Shown here one piece after another: positions 1-13,800 of a DNA stretch of 64,000 nucleotides. A program made the translations under genes and the position numbers. Under the pieces are notes generated by a model. It saw only the letters and a program-made list of their open reading frames with translations. It was not told where the DNA came from and did no database searches. Position 1 is the first letter of the stretch; each line of letters begins with the position of its first letter. Source of the DNA: Eledone cirrhosa (lineage: Eukaryota); the NCBI GenBank assembly GCA_964016885.1, contig OZ024742.1, positions 105,276,001 to 105,340,000 of the forward strand. Reading direction: 5' to 3'.

Positions 1-1616
1 AATTATATTCAAACTTATACTTGCAATTGAAGCCAGTACAAAATAATATAAGCATCTGTAAGTGTGTGCAAGCATGTAGAATATTCCAGAAATTAAATTC
101 AAAAGACTATACCAGTATTAATAATCAGAGAAAGCTTGTGCTTTCTTCAGAATAATTATTCTACATATTTTCCTTCTTATAACACATGATGAAACATCAC
201 CATACAGAAAGACAAGTGGAGTGTATTGCTGAAGGATATAATGCACACTAATAATGGATGACATACGAACCATGAAACCAAGTTATTGGAAATTATACTG
301 TTTCCTGTGTATGCATATGTTTATACATATATGCACTTGTTGATATATGGCTACACACACACACACGCCCAAGCGTTAAATCTATATCCAAATGCATATA
401 TCATCATCACTGTCATTATCCTTTTTATGTCGACTTTTCCAAGCTGGCATGGGTTGGATGGGATAGTTTGAGACAACCTTTTTAGTTTCCCTTTATGACA
501 TGCAGGGATATGGTGTTCCTATTCTAAGAAACAGGGAGAAACATAATTGTGGATATGTATACACGCATTGCTATATAACCAGAACTGTGGGGGATCAAAG
601 TTAAGGCATTGTAAAACAACCTATTTAGCTATTTATTGTATCACTTTCACATACACCTATTAGTTTGCAGCATCAGATAAATGGTGGACAAATAACTACT
701 CAAATATCAGGGATTGTTTGTCAAATTACTGCTTGCCTTGATGTTTTGTTTTAACTCTAAAGATAGTTTCAGCAAATAACTAAAGTAGCCTGGATATATA
801 TGGAGATGCAAATCAGTTATTTGCACACCTGTATTTATATTGCTCATTATACCAGAAAGAGTTAAATTGGGTGATTTGCATTACTAAGTTTGATTTCTTG
901 CAGTTAGCAATGGAATACACACACAAACACACATGATGGACTCTCCCATCAAAAACGACATGTATATACATATATGATAAGCGCTCTCAACAAAAAGCAC
1001 ATATATAAATACATATATGATGAGCTTTCTTGTTAAAAATGACATGAATAGCCAGTTGTTTGATCTACTGGACATTCATAGTTACTCAAGGAATTGATAT
1101 CCAAAGTGGATGAGTATTCCACTGACACATCAATGTAATTCTCAAGTGGAATTTAGATGACAGTGTGACAAAGCTGCTCTACTGAATTACAGGTACAACC
1201 CATGCCTGACAAACACAATAATGGATTGATTAAACATATCAAAATGAAACTATTCACACACAAATGCAAGATTTAACAGTATGTGTGTATGCATGCAATC
1301 TGCATGTGTATGTATGTGCAATATGCATTAATGAGCTGTTATCTGTCAACATGAATGGCATTTGTAACTTGAGAGAGTAAGCTACATATTTCACTCATTT
1401 CAGTAATATCCATTATTATGCTGCCTTCAACCACCACCACAACTACCACCATCAACCAATTTACCTCTCCCCCTCCCCCATCATTAACATGAATCAGGAC
1501 TTCCAGCAACACCAACCCCACCTCCACTCACCACTAGACCCTTTCACCTGTCACCATCACCAATGATCATTCTCTGACAAAATCATCCTGACAACCTGGT
1601 ATCATTATTATCAGCA

Positions 1617-1800
1617 AATTGGCAGTATTGGTAGAGGGTCGGATGCCATGCTTTGACGCACAGAGTTACGGCCCTTGCCATTCTGAGTTCAAATCCCGCC
1701 GAGGTTAACTTTGTCTTTCATCCTTACGGGGTCGATAAAATAAAGTACCAGTAATACACTGGGATAATTGCTGGCCTTGTGCCAAAAATAAACACAATTA
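1617..1800 (+). mobile_element. tRNA-derived SINE (same family as 36450)
   Basis: Full body; flanking duplication attattatcagca. Confidence 0.9.
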
Positions 1801-3499
1801 TTATCAGCACCATAACCACCACGACTATTCCCAATATCACCACCATCATCTTTATCATCATCAACTTGGTTGAAGGGTGGGGTGGGGAAGTGATAAGGAT
1901 TATTGGTTACTGAAATGATCAGATTTAATCAGATATTGTTATATTGTTTGACCAGCTCCAGCCACATTTGCAAGCACTAGTTGATGGTCTGTACACCTCT
2001 CTAGTAAATGATGTGCCAATTAAAGCTTACCTGATATACCCCAGCCTCAATAGCAAAAGGTTAAACAAATAAAGGATAGTGTCGCTGTTGTAGAATAATT
2101 GATGTAAAATTAATTATGGACAGTTGTCATAGAAACACATGCTCATCTCCAGTAATTGGTAGAAATGATCTCTAATGACTTTACTATAGCACAATTCTTA
2201 GAACTGAATTTTTTTTAAAGTTATCTCAGCCACAGCAGTTGAGTCAGTCATCTCTCTCACACACAAACACCCACTCTTAACATTTAATCCTGACTTACAA
2301 CTACCATATACTACATGTAACATCCACCCTAACTATGCACACACCACACATCAGATATACACCTATACACAACTCACCATATATTCATCTTCTCCCCCCA
2401 TCCATCCATACACAATGTAATGACATTTAAAAAAGACTTGAGAGTCAATGTAACAACTTTCCCCTATTATGACTATTATACAGCCTCAACCATTCGCTAT
2501 TGATAAGCTACAGAGGACTGGCTGCTGGTCACGTGACCACTTCATTCAGGAAATAGCTCACAGCCACTATTACTACTATTACTAATAATTTCTACTTTTA
2601 ATGCATTATACGGTGGTGAAAATGCACAGACTTTAATCTACAATAATCTATTGTAATATCCTAGCACTAGTCCATGGATTTTATTGATTAAAAAATCTTA
2701 TGAAGAACACCAAGAAATACTTTGGATTTTTGCTTTTTTGTTTTCTTCTCATCAGACAATAGTTTTTATTCAGTTTTGTTGGAGGGATTTACTTTCCCCC
2801 ACCACCCATGTTTTTATTCAAACATTGTTTTTGCTTTTTTTTTTCAGTTGTTATAAGTTAATGAATGAAATGGTTCTTCATAGGTTGAATCAATGAAGCA
2901 GCTATGGGAACAAACATTTGTACAATTACACACTACAAAAATGAACACAAAGCTTCACCAGCTATTGTTTATTGTATTTGTTATTTAAAAAGAAACAACA
3001 ACAATAATAATAGCTTTGATGAACTAAGCTTGCAAGATAGTATTGATTCTCGGTTAATAAGGCCAGGTTCTTAAAAAAGCTTGCATGTGGGACAACTCCT
3101 TTTCTCTCACACCCCACACACACACAATCCATCTTTACAAGTAAATATGCAAAAGTCTTACGATGATGATTACATTGTTTTTATATCCGTTTTTCCATGC
3201 TGATATGGATTGAAGGAGACTTTCATGGCAATGTTTTATGGTTGGATGCCCTTTCTTATGCTAACCTTCTTATAACACAGATAAAGTATGCCTATTCTAA
3301 AAGCTGGAACACTGTCAATGATTCAATTAATTTTGAAAATAACTAAGAATTTAGAACAACATAATAAAAGATTTTCCATCAATTGGTATATGTAGCTGAT
3401 ATTTAGAACATAACTTAAAAGGTTCTTGTATAAATTTATAAGAGAAGCTCTTCACTTAAATACTTTAAAACAGGTTGTTTTGTATTAAAAGACTAGACA

Positions 3500-3748
3500 T
3501 CATAGTTGTAGGTGCCAAGACACTGCATCCTTTAAAACCTCCATGCTTCCTGAAATTTACCAATACTACACCTGATACCCCCCCCCCCCCCCCCATCCAT
3601 ACACATGCACACATGTATATCAGGACACATACACCGTTCTTTTTCCTGACATTTGTACATTATTCTATGTATTATACATGCTCCTTTGATGAGTTGTAGT
3701 GCACCAGAGCACTATACACAATAATTTCATTATTATTATTATTATTAT
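3500..3748 (+). mobile_element. CR1-clade LINE extreme 3' fragment
   Basis: Homologous to 17715-17948 (gacactgcatcctttaa...tttgatgagttgtagtgcacc...(att)n). Confidence 0.8.
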
Positions 3749-6049
3749 AGTAGTTAAATAGGTCACAGAGAAGTGGCAATGGACAGAGATGGCTCAATGG
3801 ACACAGTATTGATTGGGCTACTCTGTTCATCAACCATTAGTTTAACCCTTTAGCATTTAAACCAGCCATAACCAGCCACTAATACCAGCATTAGGGTATT
3901 GTTTTCAAAATAAGTAATAACACCATCAAAATCTGCAAAAATACAATAGTAATGTAAATGCTAATGGGTTAAATCTTCAACTTCTATTTCATTGTGTTTT
4001 GGGGGCAAACAACATTGCATACTTCAATTGTATCAAATCATCTGAGAATATTACCTGCAATAGATTGGTATTCTATCTATGGGAGATTAATCTCACCTCC
4101 ACTTTCAATGAGAATGCTAGAGCTAAGCAGTGACTCACAAAAGATTTCCTTAACCCTTTAACATTTACATTACTCTATATTTACTATTATATTGTCATGG
4201 TAAAGGCTTTACCTCTTATAATTATCTCACATAATATCGAATCTATGAGATCATGATATTATTTATTTTGAGAACAATACCTTAATGTCAGTATGATTAC
4301 AGTCAGTTTGAACAGAAAGAGGTGAAAGAATTCCAGACAGATACAACAGGCCAGTTGAAGAGATCTTCAATTTATATTCCATTCCTGGTACCATGCTGGT
4401 ACCAAGTTGTTTTGACTCTGAATGGCTAAATTCAAAGGCAGGTTGTAAATAGGATCCATTCAAAAGTATAATCACTATTCTGGGTCAAATGCTGGACAGA
4501 AATCCTATCATGGTACTGGAGAACATAACTCCACCAGAATATCACTCTACCCTCTATATGAAAACAAAGTTCTTTACTTCCATGTCCCTAACACATTACT
4601 TAGCTTTTAACAACATGTAATGATGTAAGAGCTAAATTAAAAATTATCAAAAAACAAGTTTGTGAATTCTAATTTTTATAGCAGATAAACCATTGTGAAA
4701 ACTTGCAGCATTAGAGAAAGTAAAGACTTGAATTTTTAATGTAATATAGCCATAGTGCTATTTTGTACTTTTCAAGAATGTGTTGCTATCACGGTTTGAT
4801 GTATTAATAACTAATACATAACTGGGTCAAATACTATTTTTTTTTTTAAGACTGTCTTGAGCCAAATGCTTTAAATTTTTATTTTGTGTCCAAAATATAT
4901 TACATGTTTAAAAACCAATCAATACACATTTTTCTGTTATTATGGATATTTCCCCATTACTTCTCTGAAAGTCATTTACAATATACAAATTATTGGTGCA
5001 AATATATTTGCAGTTAGATATTTGGTTTTTGTACTATTTAGTCATGACTGCAGTAAAAAGAAAAATAACAGCAATATACTAAGTTTAATTCAATTGAATG
5101 TACCCCTATACCAACGTTCGACAAAATGCTTTGTGATATTTGTTGAGGTTAAGTTCTAACAAAGTCAACTTTGCCTTTCATCCTACAGAAGTCAATCAAT
5201 TTTCCCCTCACCACAAATTGCTAACCATGTGTCTAAATTAGAAACCATCTCTATTATTATTATTTGGATTAGTAGAATCATTAGAGAAGTGAACAAAATG
5301 CTTTGTAGTGTTTAGTTACAGTTAATTACATTCTGAGGTCAATTTTACCTTTCATACTTATAGGGTCGATAAAATAAAGTACCAGTCAAATACTGAAGTT
5401 AGTATAACTGACTTTCCCTTCCTCCAAAAAACTGTTGGCCTTGTGCCTGAATCAGAAATGATGATGATGATTATGATTAGTAGTACTAGTAGTATTATTA
5501 TTTCCCTTCTGTAAAAATTGCTGACCTTGTGTCTAAATTAGAAACCATTGTTAAAGTGTTTTGCAAACACTGTCTTTCAAATAGACACAATGATCCATTA
5601 CCACCTTGCCTGTCAGCAGAAGTAGTTTGACAGAGAAATTAGTATCACACAGAACAGCCAAGAAGTTGAAGAAATAATAGAAGCAATTTATTCAGGTTTA
5701 GAGAAAATCACAAGAAAAACAAACTCCTGGAATTTGAGATGTCATGATAATACAATGCTGCAAGTGTTAATTGTATATTAAAACACTGCTCATGGTTTTA
5801 GCCTCACAAAGTTAGCTATATTCAATCAATAATTTCTAATGATAACAGAAAAGGTTGGGATTTGCTGACACCATCATCCTAATGTTATTTATAAAATCTC
5901 TCCCATATTGTCAGAGTGGTGAAGTCAACCATCATGACTGTGTATGATTTAGACCTGACAAATTACTGCTAGTAACCCCAATCTCAGCTTATAAAAATAA
6001 TGAATTAGAGAAAATTACAGTAATTTCTCAAAAAAATAAAATAGCCTGC

Positions 6050-6312
6050 TTCTGTATTGGGATATTGTATGCAGGAACTTACCACATATATGTGTGGTCT
6101 GTCATTTTGTATAAGGAATTATCATAAAGGAGGTGTATTATTTTGTATAGAATATTATCATATGCATGGGTGGTGTTATTTTGTATAGGGAATTATCACA
6201 AACAAGAGTGTGGTATGTTATTTTGTATGGGAAATTATCATATACAAGAGTGAGGTGTTATTTTGTATAGAAAATTATCACATACATAGCTGATGTATTA
6301 TTTTGTATAGGG
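6050..6312. repeat. ~40-bp minisatellite (about 7 units), resumes at 7047
   Basis: Recurring tattttgtata(g)ggaattatca...ggtgt. Confidence 0.85.
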
Positions 6313-7046
6313 TGTATCCGAACAGCGATGTTGCATGGTAGTGAGACCTGGGCGCTGAAGGTGGAAGACTTACGTAGATTAGAGAGAAACGAAGCCTGCA
6401 TGCTCCGATGGATGTGTAACAGTAATATACGTGAACGACAAAGCATAAACGAATTGAGAGAGAGACTGAGCATAAGAGGAATCAAATGCTGCGTGCAGGA
6501 GAGGCGGTTACGCTGGTATGGACATGTGATGCGTATGAAGGATGACAGCTGCATAAAAAGGTGCAGAGCACTAGAAGTTGATGGAAACCGCGGAGTGGGG
6601 AGACCCAAGATGACTTGGGATGAGGTGATAAAAGCCGACCTTACCCAACTACACCTCTCAAAGTCAATGACACACGACCGTGACTTCTGGCGTCACGCAG
6701 TAATACAGGGTACCCGACCTCCCATGGGTACATGCTGAAGCATATAAACAATATGCCCCCACTCCCCCCACCGCAAGGTGGTCGTGGAGGTGCCACGGCA
6801 AAAAAGCACCCAGCCCACACTGTAAAGTGGTGTGTAGGCGCCACGAAAAAGCACCCAGCACTCACTGTAAATGAGGTTGGTGTTAGGAAGGGCATCCAGC
6901 TGTAGAAATCAAGCCAGATCAGTTCCTGTATGAGCAAGGCATGGTCAGCCGACCAGACACTGCCCACAACAGGACAACCCGTCTAACCCATGCTAGCGTG
7001 GAAGAACGGACGTAAAACGGTGATGATGATGATGATGATGATGATG
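6312..7046 (+). mobile_element. Young 5'-truncated copy of RTE subfamily A (3' ~735 bp)
   Basis: Near-identical to 55628-56343. ORF MLHGSETW...RLRWYGHVMR and (GAT)n tail. It is inserted into a ~40-bp minisatellite. Confidence 0.95.
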
Positions 7047-7169
7047 AGGGAATTATTACATACATGTGATTTATTCTATTTTACAAAATTCCTCCTGTGT
7101 GCAGTTTTTACGCCAAAACTTGATGTCAAAACCTACCTGCATCCATTACACCAAGGTACGAATATAATA

Positions 7170-7595
7170 ATAATGGTCGTTTCTAATTCAGGCACAAGGT
7201 CAGCAATTTGTGGGGAGGGGAAAGTCGATTAAATTGACCCCAGTACTTGACTGGTGCATTATTTTATAAACTCTGGAAAGATGAAAGGCAATGTTTACAT
7301 TGGCAGGATTTGAACTCAGAATGTTAAGAGCCAGAATACATATCACAAAGTATTTTGTCTGTTGCTCAAACGATTCTAAGAAGCCACGCCACACCTCTAT
7401 AACAATAATAATTGTTTCTACTATTGGCACAAGGCCAGCAATTACCCAGTACATTACTGGTACTTTATATTATCGACCCCGTAAGGATGAAAGGCAAAGT
7501 TAACCTTGGCGGGATTTGAACTCAGACCGTAAAGAGACGTAACTATGCTAGAAAGCATGGTGTCCGACCCTCTACCGATACTGCCAATTCACCTC
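7170..7595 (-). mobile_element. Two tandem SINE copies (old long form 7170-7395, young short form 7408-7595)
   Basis: Reverse complement of the family consensus; TSD acctctataacaataataat. Confidence 0.88.
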
Positions 7596-7771
7596 TATAA
7601 CAATAATAATATATTTATACCATACAGAGCCCTTCATCCTTTCGAGATCATTAAAAAAGTACCAGTCCAGTAGTGAGGTATATTATTCCTCTATATCTCT
7701 TTCCTTTCTATCATTCTCTCTCTCTTTTCCATGGAAGAAATAGGCAGCTTGGATGGGGTCTGCAAGTTTAA

Positions 7772-8166
7772 CCCTTTAGCATTTAACCTGCCAGAATTAT
7801 CTCATCTCTTTCTGCTCAAATTGGCCACTCGTACTGATGTTAAGGTATTGTTCTTAAAATAAATAATATCAAAATCTCATAAATTCGATATTACATGAGA
7901 TAAAGTCTTTAACATGAAAATATAATTGTTTCTACTTTAGGCACAAGGCCAGCAATTATCCAGTCAGTGCATTACTGGTACTTTATTTTATCGACCCCGT
8001 AAGGATGAAAGGCAAAGTCAACCTCGGCGGGATTTGAACTCAGATCGTAAAGGGACGTAACTATGCTGGAAAGCATGGCGTCCGACCCTCTACCGATACT
8101 GCCAATCCACCGCCCTTTAACATGAAAATATAATGGTATATATAGAGTAATGTAAATACTAAAGGG
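7772..8166. mobile_element. piggyBac-type MITE carrying a SINE
   Basis: TTAA-flanked TIRs. Confidence 0.85.
7921..8116 (-). mobile_element. SINE nested in a piggyBac-type MITE
   Basis: Full-length copy; TSD ctttaacatgaaaatataat. Confidence 0.9.
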
Positions 8167-8904
8167 TTAAAATGCCCTAAACAACACACTGTGTGTTACT
8201 ACAGTGCCCCTACAACTCAATAAAGAGTTACTGGTTCATACATACATAGGCCATGTATAGCTGTTTATTTAAATAGATATGTATAGTTAAGTTTAATATC
8301 TAATTAATACTAATAATGATATTTTTCTCTACAAAAAAAAAAAAAAATGTACAATATTTGCTAATTTATTTTTTTAAATGTAATAGAGGTGGATGAAAAC
8401 ATTTCTAAATATTCAGTTCTATTGTGTCTGGAACAATACAATTTTAGGAGGTTTGTTAATTCAAATATTTATAGTACTTTATTAGTGGATAGATCATTGA
8501 GAAAATTGGCAGTAAACTAAAGTGACTGGAACAATATACTTTTTCAATATCAAATTTTAAATCTTAACTTCCTGTTTAGCAGAAAATATCTGAAAACAGA
8601 CTTGCTAATTCAAAGTGAAGAGATCATTGTGAAAATTTACAGTAAACCAAAATAATTTTAATTTTCAACAAGATGCAGTCAGAGTGCTGTTTTGTACATT
8701 TTGAGAATACCCTGCTGATGAGGCTTCAAGTGGTACAGGACATTAAAGGTTATTCTTTAAAATAACATCTTATAATGTCAAAAATATGGCAGTATTAAGA
8801 AGCAGTAATTAGATCTCCGTTGTTTCTGACCAGTTGATCAAACAGAACAACCTGCTTGTAAAATTAACATGCACAAATGATTGAGCTTTCCATAGACTCA
8901 TGTA

Positions 8905-9318
8905 CCCTTTAGCATTTACATTACTCTATATTTACTGTTGTATTTTCACGGTAAAGGTTTCATCTCACATCATATTGAATCTATAAGGGAGGTGGATTGA
9001 CAGTATCGGTAGAGTGTCGGACACCATGCTTTGCAGCATAGAGTTACGCCCCTTTATGATCTGAGTTCAAATCCCACTGAGGTTAACTTTGCCTTTCATC
9101 CTTACGGGGTCGATTGAATAAAGTACCAGTAATACACTGAGATAATTGCTGGCCTTGTACCAAAAGTAGAAACAATTATATTGAATCTATAAGATTTTGA
9201 TATTATTTATTTTGAGAACAATACCTTAACATCAGTATGAGCGGCCAGTTACAGCCAGTTTGAACAGAATGAGGTGAGAGAATTCTGGTTGGATATGGCC
9301 AGTCTAAATGCTAAAGGG
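8905..9318. mobile_element. piggyBac-type MITE carrying a SINE, opposite orientation to the 7772 copy
   Basis: ccctttagcatttac...ctaaatgctaaaggg|TTAA. Confidence 0.85.
8987..9178 (+). mobile_element. SINE nested in a piggyBac-type MITE
   Basis: Full-length copy; TSD atattgaatctataag. Confidence 0.9.
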
Positions 9319-9381
9319 TTAAAGCAATTCTCAGGGAGATTTAGTGTGACAAGGCTGGCCCATTGAATTACAGATATAACT

Positions 9382-9780
9382 GGAGGCACATGGCTTAGTG
9401 GTTAGTGCATTGGCCTTGCAATCGAAAGGTTGTGAGTTCAATTCTCAGACCGGGTGATGTGTTGTTTCCTTGAGCAAGACACTTTATTTCACATTGCTCC
9501 AGTTTACTCAGCTGTAGAAATGAGATGATAGGGACTGGGGTCCCTATCGTTCCACTGTAAAGTGGTCGTGGAGGTGTCACGGCAAAAAAGCACCCAGCAC
9601 TCACTGTAAATGAGGTTGGTGTTAGGAAGGGCATCCAGCTGTAGAAATCAAGCCAGAATCAGTTCCCGTATGAGCAAGGCATGGTCAGCCGACCGGAGAC
9701 TGCCCACAACAGGACAACCCGTCTAACCCATGCTAGCGTGGAAGAAAGGACGTAAAACGGTGATGATGATGATGATGATG
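9382..9780 (+). mobile_element. tRNA-derived CORE-like SINE with RTE-A 3' tail
   Basis: A box tggcttagtgg, B box gagttcaattc and CORE-like ccttgagcaagacact. The 3' ~230 bp is near-identical to the RTE-A UTR (6770-7046). Short aact duplication at the ends. Confidence 0.9.
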
Positions 9781-10534
9781 AACTCATTTTTACAGGCTAA
9801 GTGGGCTGAAGCAATGTGAAATAAAGTTTCTTATTCAAGGACACAATGTACCACTAGGAATCAAACTCACAACCATATAATCAGGAATAAAACACACTAA
9901 CCACTAAGCCATGTATCTTCACAATTTGGAAGCAGTAACTGGCTGTAAATATAAATGTAGCAACTAAAATCCCCCTGCCCATACAAGCAAAGAAAATTGA
10001 TACAAAAATGTTATAAAGCCTCTTTGGATTTTTATTTATTTTGCCTGTATAACATAATTCTGTGCACTTGTTTGATATGATTTCAGTAAATGTTAATTTG
10101 TAAGATTTTTAATTAGCACGTTTATTGTAATGGATCAAACAAATATGGACTATTGTTAAACAATGTGTTATAGTAAATAAACAAGCATGTGTCATTTGTA
10201 GAGTATCTATGTTATTTCTTAACACCTGGAGTTGTTGACATATAGCTACTCATTATTTAAGATACCCCTCCTCCCCTCATAGATTCAACAAGTATTTAAA
10301 GGCAAACAATAAAAGCAATATAAAGTAGCATTCATTAAACACTTTCATTACTTTATTTCTAATGAAATCCTTAGTGTTAGTAATTGCAAAATTTGAGAGA
10401 TTTACTGAAGTTATTATTTAATCATTAAGATGTTGAATTGACAGTATTGGTAGAGCATCAGACAAAATGCTTTGCAGTATTTAATTACAACTTTCTACAT
10501 TCTGAGTTCAAATTCCACCAAGGTTAGCTCTGCA

Positions 10535-10830
10535 GATCAGTAAAGGTGCCTAAAGTTAAAATATGGGAGAACTTTGGGGTTAAGCTGAAATACGACATCA
10601 GATCAGCAAATAAAGTGTTCTGACAGACAATCCACGAACTTCTCCACACCTGCTATCAGGAACATGTCTGGGGTTCTCTCTTCAGAGAGGTGCATCCTCG
10701 CTAGGTGGAGAGAATATTTTGATGTCCTAAACCCAGTCACAACATCATCTGATGTACACAAGGTGCATCTGGGAGCGATGACTATTCTCTCAGAGGCTAA
10801 GGTCACAAGAGCAATAAAAGAGCTCAAATG
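10535..10830 (+). mobile_element. Rex3/Expander-like RTE fragment (endonuclease-RT linker)
   Basis: KIWENFG...SANKVF*QTI...ILARWREYFDVLNPV resembles the RTE linker motif RWKEYFEDLLNP. Confidence 0.6.
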
Positions 10831-13800
10831 TTAAAAGAATATACTTTTTTGTCTATTATTGAGATTCAAATTTTTTTTTAACATAAATTTAAATATTAAT
10901 GTGCTTATTCTTTGCATCTCATAAAAATGGTTCTTTGACTTTTATGTGTCGAAAGAGTTAACTCTTAACATCCATGCTTATCATTATCGTCATTATTTAA
11001 TGTTTGCTAGCCCATATGAGGAGTTTGTAGCCCAACTTGAGTACTGACTTCATTTGTGAAGACCCATCCAAACCCTTGCTAGCAGAGAAAACATGTTGAA
11101 TGGTGATGATGATGATGATGATAAATGTGTGTCAGTAATAATGGCATCTTAGCGAAGTACACAGTGAAGAGAAACCTGTCAGTAGTAACCTTTACCTAAC
11201 TCAACACTCCTCTCCACCACCACACTACTAAAACTCTAGTTCAGGGTTGGTTATGTCTTTCACTTATTCAGCTGGGAACCATGTGTACAACATATGTTAG
11301 GGAACTCTTCAACCCTGTATGACTTTCACATGCACATCCATACATATTTAAATCATTACATATATATTGCATAAACACATACACTGTCTATCAATTCCTG
11401 GCTCCAGTTAGTTTATTTCCATTATGTTGTTTATGATTTTGGAATAGGCATGAACATCATAACATAACATTTCTTTAAAAAATAAATGTTAGGCTTCCTG
11501 ACAAGTTCAGATTTCTTACTGAATCAGTAGTCTCGAGGTCAAAATATATTCTTCAAAACGTAGTACCAAACAATGAAAATAATTTGCTGTGTATGTGTAT
11601 CATCACCATTTTACGTCCATTTTTCCATGCTAACATGGGTTAGATGGGTTCTCCCATTGTGAGACAAGTCAGATCAGATGACTGTGTTTTGTTCACACAG
11701 AACTGTTTATAGCCTGGTTTCTATGGCTGGATGCCCTTCCCAACACCAACCACATTTACTGCGTGGACTGATCACTTTACATTGTAGACTGGGCACTTTT
11801 TCTTGTGACACCAACACAACCACTTTACAGTGTGGAATGTATGCTGGAGTTGAGGGAGATGTGTGATGTAGGCTGAATATTGGAGAGGTAGATCTAGGGT
11901 ATATCTCAGAGTTCAAATCCCGCCGAGATTAACTTTGCCTTTCATCCTTACGGGGTCGATAAAATAAAGTACCAGTAATATACTGAGTAATTGCTGGCGT
12001 TGTGCCAAAAAGTAGAAACAATTATTATCACCCTCATCTAACGTCTGCTAGCCCATCTGAAGGGCCAGTAAACCTCTGCTTGATTACTAGCTTGGTCTGT
12101 GAAGACCTGTTAAACCAACCTTTAGTAATAGACGGAACAGATGTTAAATGATGATGATGATAAATATATATATGTGCATGTGTCATAGATATTAGCATTC
12201 TATACCATCGCTACCTTAATAATATATTCCTGGAATAGCCAAAAATGACCTTGCTGAGAAAGAAATTTAACCCTTTAACATTTACATTACTCTACATATA
12301 CTATTCTATTTTTGTGGTAAAGGCTTTATCTTATAATCTACGAGATTTTGATGTTATATATTTTGAGAATACTTTAACAGAAAGAGGGGAGAGAATTCTG
12401 GTCAGATATGGCCAGTTTAAATGTTAAAGGGTTAACTTCACAAAACTTCTAATATAAAATTGAAAATAAGACTTTTGCGGAATTTAACAAAATAAATATT
12501 TTCATGATTTCGAAACAAGTGGTTTTGTACTGATTTCAGATGGGTTGGTATCAAAATAGTTAAAAATGCATATAAAGCTCCATCCTCATCCTGAATGTCA
12601 TATTTTCATACAAATGTGTTGTCTTTTCATCATTTCAATTGTTGACAATGGTCATAATCTCATTTTATGATATACACAAAAATGTAAAGGAGGAAAAGAG
12701 AATGTAATTAGAAGTGTATTTTTTCTAGTAACATACATACACAAACCTTGTTGGTAAAAAGCCACCTGAAACTGGTCAGGTTTTATGATGCAAAACTAGC
12801 CATTTTAAAGTATTCATATTCATAATAAATCCTTCTAACAATTTTATTTAGGACATTCTTAAGTGATGCAGCAAATATTAGCTTGACTAATGAAGAAAAT
12901 AGAAGTTATTTTATTAACTTCCTCCAAACTTTTGATTATTTTCAAACCGGATTAAAACAAAGGTAGGATATTTCATTAAAAATATGATAATGAAAGGGTT
13001 AATCATGCAAAATAATATTCTATTGTAAACAAAGAATTAATTGTACTCACAAAGCATTGAGCAAATTTTGAATTTTGAATGTATATTAGCTTCATGTAAA
13101 TTACTTCAATGTACAGGCAATACTGCTCACTTTTTCCCCATTTTTTTAGCCTTATTATACCTAATTTGTTTGACTGGTTTTTAGAATATGTACACCATAT
13201 CCCTATATCCCTACTTGTCATAAGAGGCTTCTAAGAAGGTTAATATCAGGAAAGGGTACCTATCTAGCTGTAAAAGTTGTCTAAAAACATCCCATCTATC
13301 CTGTGCCAACATGGAAAAGTGGATATAAAAACAATGACAATGATATGTATGTGTGCATCCATATCTATTTTTACATTTATAGTGGTTTGACAAAAAAGAA
13401 CCAATAAAATAAGTACCGGGCATAAAAAAAATACTGGGGTCAATATAATCAACTAATCAAAGCTGCAGTCTGATGAGTTGAACCAGTAAATGAATAAAAG
13501 AAGAGAAAAAAAAGAATCCTTGAAAGTGAAAGACTCTTCTTGATATATCAGCCCAGTCATCTTTAAATATTGTTTTTAGTTCAAAACCACTAGAAAACTT
13601 CTCCCCACTTCAAGTAGTGTAAAATCTGAAATATGGAGACAGGAAATCTCATCAAACAGTGTTCAATTAAAATGTACCAGCTGACCACACCACAACAACT
13701 AACTTTATCTTGAACAAATTAACAAGAACCAAGATGCTAACAGGAAAACAATAAAAAAAGATTTGTTGCATGCTGAGATAATTTTTATGTCTGAAATAAC

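Larger units (their letters stand above)
8810..9921 (-). mobile_element. Older CORE-like SINE (head 9781-9921, different tail 8810-9380), interrupted by nested elements
   Basis: 9781-9921 is the reverse complement of the 9382 head. Its tail continues at 9323-9380 and 8810-8904. A homologous tail lies at ~1030-1200. Confidence 0.75.

Noticed and set aside
9382-9455. tRNA gene
   Set aside because: It has A/B boxes but no convincing cloverleaf, and it is fused to a CORE-like body, so it is a SINE head.
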